Positions 58,260-64,000 of a stretch of 64,000 nt of DNA are shown here, piece after piece. This DNA comes from a virus (Duplodnaviria > Heunggongvirae > Uroviricota > Caudoviricetes), in IMG/VR virus record IMGVR_UViG_3300038345_000251, positions 128,001-192,000 of that record, one strand, 5' to 3'. How positions within the stretch are numbered: position 1 is the first letter of the stretch; each line of letters starts with the position of its first letter. Under the pieces are notes generated by a model. That model did no database searches. It saw only the letters and a program-made list of their open reading frames with translations, and was not told where the DNA came from. The position numbers and the translations under genes are program-made.

Positions 58260-60380
58260 ATGGGTGAAATTATACTGACATCAAATAGTGGAACTACCTT
58301 TTTAAGAACAGGTGGTGAAAACAATATTAAAATAAAAAGTAATATTGCTTGGACTTTTTATATATTACCGTTAAACGATGAAAATTTAATTATGACAGAT
58401 GACGGTAAAGAGGTAGTTGGTATTTGCACAGCAATGACAGAAGATGAAGAAATACTATCAACGTTATCAGGCACAGGAACAACTACGGAAAATATTAGTT
58501 GGATTAATGTAATTAATGATTTAGGTGATAAAAATTATGTTGTTGATATAAATGGTCTTTTTGACGGAAAAAACAAGGGTATTACAGGACAAGGTACAAC
58601 GTATTTAACAATTAGAGCAGATGAAAATTATACAGGTAAAGATTTGTTTGCTGTTGGTTTTGCTTCAGGAATTACTGAACCATTATGTGACTTTACTGTG
58701 TTTGAACAATATGGTAAAAATTACTACTTTATGTATTTTGACTATGATGAACAAGTTTCAGGACAAACAATACATACACCAGGCTCATCTTCTTCTACTG
58801 TAACAAATGAAACAATAAGTTTAGGTATAGATAGTAATGTTACAGAGATACCAGTTGAAATGTATACAAATACAAAATGTAAAGTAACAATACATGGTTT
58901 TAGTGGTATTAATAGTGATATAGGCGAAGAATTTGTAATTGGACCAGGTGTTACAAGAACAGGCTATCCTGATGAAGAATTCGTTTTTAAATTTCATGTA
59001 CCCGAAAATAAAACATCAGAAAATGTTGTATATACATTAAGAGCAACATCAGAAGATGACCCAAGATATACTGAAGAATGGTATGTTGTTCATAAAGGAG
59101 TAACACCTGAGATTGTATTATATCCAGAAACACAACAAATAACTTCAAATACAACAGCGTTTACTGTAAATTATCAAATTAAACCACTTACATTGTCAGT
59201 TGATTTAGGTATTTTTAAAGAAGGTGTGTTACTTGAAACAAAACATATTAGTAATTCAAGTAGTGTTAGTCAAGATGGATATTATAGAGGTGCTATTACA
59301 TATGAATGTGGTGAAAACTTAAACAAAGGAAATGGATATACCTTATATGAAATATCTGGAGAAACTGTTGGAAAGACATTTCAAGTACAATCAAATATCG
59401 CACGTATAGAACATTTGTATGAAAGTTGGTACTTTGAATTGATTTATGGTAGTCAACATGGATATAGCGTAGATGTATATAATGTTGATGGTGATTCTGG
59501 TGGTAAGTATGATGTTGCTGTACATACAAATTATAGTTATACAGAATTTAATCTTTCATCAAATGGTAGTTTAATACATGATTGTTCAATAATCCCTGTA
59601 TCAGAAGATTATTTTAATGTACAGTTTAATGTTGAAATAAATAAAGAATCTTCCAGAAGTGGAAGTATTACTGTCAGTAGAAGTGGTGGACCAAGTGGTA
59701 CTATTAATGTTAATCAAAATGGTGGTTCTGAACCACCATCACCAACATATACATTTTATTGGAATTATGATGGTGATGCTTGGAACGGTGATGCTGGTTC
59801 ATTCAGTGATGGCGGTGAAACTAGAAATGTTACATATCACTCTACATATCCTGGTGGGTTAACGTTTAGAAATCTTGGGTATAATTGGATAAGTGGTTCT
59901 GATAGAGGTGGTTATTTTTCGGTAACTGTTAGTGCTAATGATACAGGTGGTGATAGAACAGGTTCATTTGGTGTTCGATATAACGGAACTGATATTGGTT
60001 TTTGTACTGTAAGTCAAGGTAGTCAAACTATTTCTTGGAAATATCAATTTAAGTTTAATTACAGTTGTAATAATATTTTGGAAGTTGGTGATATAGCATA
60101 TATAACATCAGTAACAATTAAAGACAACCAAATTGGTGTATATGCGGTACCAGATACACCGTTACAAATAGACCCAACTCAATATACACCTTATGAATCA
60201 GATGCAGATGTTTACACGACATATGAAGGTGGAACACATGTTTTTGAAATAAAGATACAATGGAATATTAGCGGAGTTCAACAAAGTGACTATATTGATG
60301 AAGTTACTGAGGTATTACCAACAACAGGTGGTAATGTAGAAATAAATTTTGGATGGATAGATTTACCAGTACAATATTAA
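58260..60380 (+). CDS. Ig/BACON-like repeat virion protein (fibre/adhesin)
   Basis: Ser/Thr/Gly-rich beta protein; WIS...VTVSAN....RTG...V.....VSQ. Confidence 0.6.
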   Translation: MGEIILTSNSGTTFLRTGGENNIKIKSNIAWTFYILPLNDENLIMTDDGKEVVGICTAMTEDEEILSTLSGTGTTTENISWINVINDLGDKNYVVDINGLFDGKNKGITGQGTTYLTIRADENYTGKDLFAVGFASGITEPLCDFTVFEQYGKNYYFMYFDYDEQVSGQTIHTPGSSSSTVTNETISLGIDSNVTEIPVEMYTNTKCKVTIHGFSGINSDIGEEFVIGPGVTRTGYPDEEFVFKFHVPENKTSENVVYTLRATSEDDPRYTEEWYVVHKGVTPEIVLYPETQQITSNTTAFTVNYQIKPLTLSVDLGIFKEGVLLETKHISNSSSVSQDGYYRGAITYECGENLNKGNGYTLYEISGETVGKTFQVQSNIARIEHLYESWYFELIYGSQHGYSVDVYNVDGDSGGKYDVAVHTNYSYTEFNLSSNGSLIHDCSIIPVSEDYFNVQFNVEINKESSRSGSITVSRSGGPSGTINVNQNGGSEPPSPTYTFYWNYDGDAWNGDAGSFSDGGETRNVTYHSTYPGGLTFRNLGYNWISGSDRGGYFSVTVSANDTGGDRTGSFGVRYNGTDIGFCTVSQGSQTISWKYQFKFNYSCNNILEVGDIAYITSVTIKDNQIGVYAVPDTPLQIDPTQYTPYESDADVYTTYEGGTHVFEIKIQWNISGVQQSDYIDEVTEVLPTTGGNVEINFGWIDLPVQY

Positions 60381-60383
60381 CAG

Positions 60384-63125
60384 ATGCTTATTATGGAACA
60401 GAAGATATTTTTAGAAAAAAATAGAAGTAAGTATTCAGTAAATACTAATAATTATTTAAATCTTGATTTGACTGGTCAATCAAGATTATTACCATTTAAT
60501 GACATTTCAGATACATTAAATCTGAATCAGTTGTATATGGACGAAAGAGATAACAGTAATAAATATCGAATGATTTTTACTGTTAACCCAATTTGTTCAA
60601 ACATATTGTTTAATATGAAAACTGAAGTTATGAAAAAAGAAGGTTCTAATGATTGTACAGTATTGTTTGATAATGAATCTGGTAATACGGAATCTGATTA
60701 TATGATTAATACTAATCCGTTAACTTTAAGACAGGCAATTAAAGATACTGAGTATACACACCCAGATTTGTTTAATGATGGTGTTCCATATGTATATCAT
60801 TGTGGTGTTGATATATTTAATAATCATATGCTTAGAAATAATGATTTTATTTATGTTAATAGAACAACAAGTGATGGTTCAGATGTATTTAATACAATTG
60901 AAGACCTTGTTCGTACTGTTTCAGGAAATCAAGTAAAGAATGTGCAGGAAGATGTTACACCTGGTTATGCAACACAAACAAAGAAAGACATACATATGTA
61001 TCAATATGATACAATATTATCTATGTATAATGCTTTTATTGAAAGATTAAAAGAAAAAGATGGGTGGTATGGTTTCAATAATTCAACAAATATTGCAATA
61101 CCAAATGTTATAATTGGTAGTGGTGATGATGAAAAGGAAGTTTCAATAAATAAAGTAATGAATAATAATAAGGCTTGTGAATTTATTGATATGTATCCAG
61201 ACCGTTCATTATATTCATTTATTCCGAAGGTAAATAAGTATAAAAGACGTATCGAAAAGAATTGGGATTACTGTATAACTTATCCTTATGCCAAAGATAT
61301 TGAAAAGTTAAACGAAATTTGTGGAACTAACGAAGTGGAAGGTAATTGTGTGCTCAAAATAGTTGAAGCAAAACGTACTTATAGTAGTAGCGCAAATAAT
61401 ATTGTAAGAATGAAAACATTATTTAGACATAATTTTCAAATTGGTGATTATATTAAATTATATTATAAAGATGGTGAAGATTTAACATTATTTAATAAGA
61501 GAATCAGAATTGTCAATGTTGGAGATTATGAAGGAAATGAAAAAAATAGATATTTTACCATTGCTTTTAGTGATATTAGCAGTAGGTTTACTATTGATGA
61601 AACAGATAGTGACAATAAAGATTTAATTATTGATGGAAATAATAATATTGTACAATTTTATTATAAAAAAGATGTTAATGGTATAGAATGTCAGTATTAT
61701 TTTAGAAAATTTAAAGCAATCACTAAAGAAGATTCACAATGGCTTGATAGTGATGTAAATAAACTTGCTTATGGTGAGAATATTTATGGTGATAGAGTAG
61801 CACAAGTTGTGTTTACTGATGATATTGATATTGAAGGATTGGTTGACCATAGAGGAAGACCTTTAACAGAAGTATTCTTTACCGTTGTTAAACGTAATGC
61901 AGGACATACTGAATGGTATGAAAATAATATTTTTAGAGAATCTGACTTATCAGAAGAAGAACGGAACAATGGAAAAACAATAGAATTTTCACATTGTTTT
62001 GGTAAGGTGACTACTGGTATTGATTTACCAATGGATGAAACTAAATTTAATGTGAGAAAAATTCATAATGTGAATGTTGATAGTGTTGAAGATAATACAT
62101 TGATATTTAATGATGATTTAAAAGATGCTTATAATGCTTTTATTGAAGACGATATAACGATTGATAGTTATAAAGAAGGTGTTATTGCTGATATTGTAGA
62201 ATATAATCCATATACAGATGTTGAAACAGTATTAGATGTTGTTCAGCATAGATTTAATACAGCGCAAAGAGAAACATTAAATCAAAAATATTCTGATATT
62301 TGGTATGATGATTTAGTTTCAGATGATTATGATTTTAAATATAAAGGCCTTGATTCAGATAAACAAGGTAATGGAGATTTAAATGGTTTTATTGTTTCTT
62401 CATATATTATAAATAATAGTGTTATGATAGACGAACAAGATACCATATTAGAGAAAAAGAATCATGGTAATGTTAATCCTGAAGGATATTTTTATAACCC
62501 ATATTCAAGGATTTTACTTAAAGAATTAGGAAATGATATTGAAAAGGTGAAAGGTACTGTCATATCATTTAATTATAATAATGTTGGTAGTGGTACAATT
62601 ACTTTAAATGGTGGAGAAACTTTTAATAGTGTTACATTTGAAACAATTATACCAAGTAAATTAATAAAAAATGATGTATTAGGAATTTATAATAATGAAA
62701 CTAAAGTACTTAAGTGGGGAATTGTTTATAATGTAGAAGATAATTTGGTTACATTGTTGGTAGAAGATGAAATTAATCTTGATGAAACATACTCTATTAT
62801 ATCAACGTCTGATGGTGTACCTGCTTATGCAACATATTTACCAACGTCACATAGTTTCGTTTGGAGACCAACACTTAAAATGTCTGAATTAGAAAATAAT
62901 AGTGTTATTTTAAATATGCCATTTTCTAATGGTAGACATTACATACATCAAAATATAACATTTTATTTAAGAAGACAAGACCCTAATGGTGAGTTTGGAT
63001 TGTTTGCTTTTGATAAAAATGCACAATATAAGAGTAGATTGAGTAGTTATAGAATTCCTGGTTGGGAACATATAGACTTATCAATTGATAGATATAATAA
63101 TGGTATTGGAGCAATTTGTTATTAA
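60384..63125 (+). CDS. Putative virion structural (baseplate-associated) protein
   Basis: 913-aa ORF in the structural operon; EGYFYNP and YLRRQDP motifs. Confidence 0.55.
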   Translation: MLIMEQKIFLEKNRSKYSVNTNNYLNLDLTGQSRLLPFNDISDTLNLNQLYMDERDNSNKYRMIFTVNPICSNILFNMKTEVMKKEGSNDCTVLFDNESGNTESDYMINTNPLTLRQAIKDTEYTHPDLFNDGVPYVYHCGVDIFNNHMLRNNDFIYVNRTTSDGSDVFNTIEDLVRTVSGNQVKNVQEDVTPGYATQTKKDIHMYQYDTILSMYNAFIERLKEKDGWYGFNNSTNIAIPNVIIGSGDDEKEVSINKVMNNNKACEFIDMYPDRSLYSFIPKVNKYKRRIEKNWDYCITYPYAKDIEKLNEICGTNEVEGNCVLKIVEAKRTYSSSANNIVRMKTLFRHNFQIGDYIKLYYKDGEDLTLFNKRIRIVNVGDYEGNEKNRYFTIAFSDISSRFTIDETDSDNKDLIIDGNNNIVQFYYKKDVNGIECQYYFRKFKAITKEDSQWLDSDVNKLAYGENIYGDRVAQVVFTDDIDIEGLVDHRGRPLTEVFFTVVKRNAGHTEWYENNIFRESDLSEEERNNGKTIEFSHCFGKVTTGIDLPMDETKFNVRKIHNVNVDSVEDNTLIFNDDLKDAYNAFIEDDITIDSYKEGVIADIVEYNPYTDVETVLDVVQHRFNTAQRETLNQKYSDIWYDDLVSDDYDFKYKGLDSDKQGNGDLNGFIVSSYIINNSVMIDEQDTILEKKNHGNVNPEGYFYNPYSRILLKELGNDIEKVKGTVISFNYNNVGSGTITLNGGETFNSVTFETIIPSKLIKNDVLGIYNNETKVLKWGIVYNVEDNLVTLLVEDEINLDETYSIISTSDGVPAYATYLPTSHSFVWRPTLKMSELENNSVILNMPFSNGRHYIHQNITFYLRRQDPNGEFGLFAFDKNAQYKSRLSSYRIPGWEHIDLSIDRYNNGIGAICY

Positions 63126-63129
63126 AATT

Positions 63130-64000
63130 ATGGATAAAGTAAAAATTTGTTTAACAACACAAAAATATGAAGATACTTCATTGGAAATTGAAAGTATGAT
63201 AGAAAAAGATGGAATCTTAACTATTATGCTTAAAAATTATCATGCTGATATAAATGAAAATACAATTGTTTCATTTATACGTTGTGCATTATATGAAGAT
63301 GAAACCGTCCCAACATTAATAAAAAGATATGATGCTAATGTTTTGTCTGTACGTACTGATTTTATTGATGAAACTTTGAAAAAAACAATCATTACAATTC
63401 AAGCACCAAGTAATTATAGATTAAATGTTTCTGCTGTAACTGAAATAGGTGATTTATATCAAATTGATTTGGTTGATAATCATTATCTTTTTCCACAAGA
63501 CATATTATCACTTGATAGTGGTATGAGTTTTTATTATAGGGATGTAAATACAGGTGTTGAAGAAGAAATTTTTAAACTTGGGAACATTAGTTTTTATGAT
63601 TATGATAAAGTAATAGGACACATTATAGAACCAAAACACGCATTGTTTAATATGAGTATGGTCAATACCTTTAATCAATGTGACCCAAAAGATTATATAT
63701 ATGAATTAACACCAAATTATTATTATATTGACAATTCTGTTGAACGAAAAACGTTTTATACTAATTCATTATTAGTTGATTCAGTAAAGTTATTTAATGA
63801 AGTATTTGCACCGTATAATTTATATTATTATAAAGATGATGAAGGTAATTGTCATTTATGGGAAGATTTTGATAAATACGATGAAATAGGTAATTCAATA
63901 TCAGACATTAGTGGTACTTCAGTAGAATATCTTTCAGGAACAAAAGAATATGTTTATAGTTTTGCTGATTTCGTTAAAGATGATAGTAGTTTAAAAATCA
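63130..64000 (+). CDS. Partial ORF running off the window end (probable structural protein)
   Basis: ATG 63130 (MDKVKICLTTQ...) reads open with no stop to 64000; absent from the ORF track because it is truncated. Confidence 0.8.
   Translation, partial: MDKVKICLTTQKYEDTSLEIESMIEKDGILTIMLKNYHADINENTIVSFIRCALYEDETVPTLIKRYDANVLSVRTDFIDETLKKTIITIQAPSNYRLNVSAVTEIGDLYQIDLVDNHYLFPQDILSLDSGMSFYYRDVNTGVEEEIFKLGNISFYDYDKVIGHIIEPKHALFNMSMVNTFNQCDPKDYIYELTPNYYYIDNSVERKTFYTNSLLVDSVKLFNEVFAPYNLYYYKDDEGNCHLWEDFDKYDEIGNSISDISGTSVEYLSGTKEYVYSFADFVKDDSSLKI

Noticed and set aside
1-64000. Stop-codon reassignment (TAG or TGA read-through, as in Lak or some crAss-like phages)
   Set aside because: Long genes are intact in the standard code and coding density is high; TAG (4253, 39582) and TGA (10325, 11093, 12840, 26446) occur at plausible gene ends
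1-64000. tRNA or rRNA genes
   Set aside because: Intergenic gaps are short and AT-rich; no cloverleaf or T-loop consensus recognised

Overview
A 64-kb segment of a large, very AT-rich, T4-like contractile-tailed (jumbo) bacteriophage genome read in the standard genetic code. At least eight TAnnTTTG (-7) promoter boxes and the A/T-rich leaders without Shine-Dalgarno motifs point to a Bacteroidota host; class III RNR (nrdD/nrdG) suggests an anaerobic one. The window holds tail morphogenesis genes (sheath, tube plus two degenerate tube paralogs, assembly chaperone, tape measure, hub, baseplate wedge, BACON-type fibre proteins), a replication block (gp32-like SSB, thymidine kinase, RecA/UvsX, RNase H/FEN, DnaB-like helicase with a class 3 intein, NrdD/G), a glycan-building set (RmlD-like reductase, two multi-domain glycosyltransferases) and three nucleases built from tandem Zn-binding repeats. 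Best leads: (1) Zn-repeat nucleases whose repeats vary at a fixed 4-residue position, like a modular DNA-recognition code; (2) a kissing-loop RNA structure just upstream of one of them; (3) two related hairpin elements preceded by sequence antisense to a start-codon region, possibly small RNAs; (4) a probable virion glycosylation system; (5) candidate packaged effectors (Tpt1/KptA-like ADP-ribosyltransferase, zincin); (6) a candidate +1/-2 frameshift before the tape measure gene. All product calls come from motif recognition by eye; no database searches were run.
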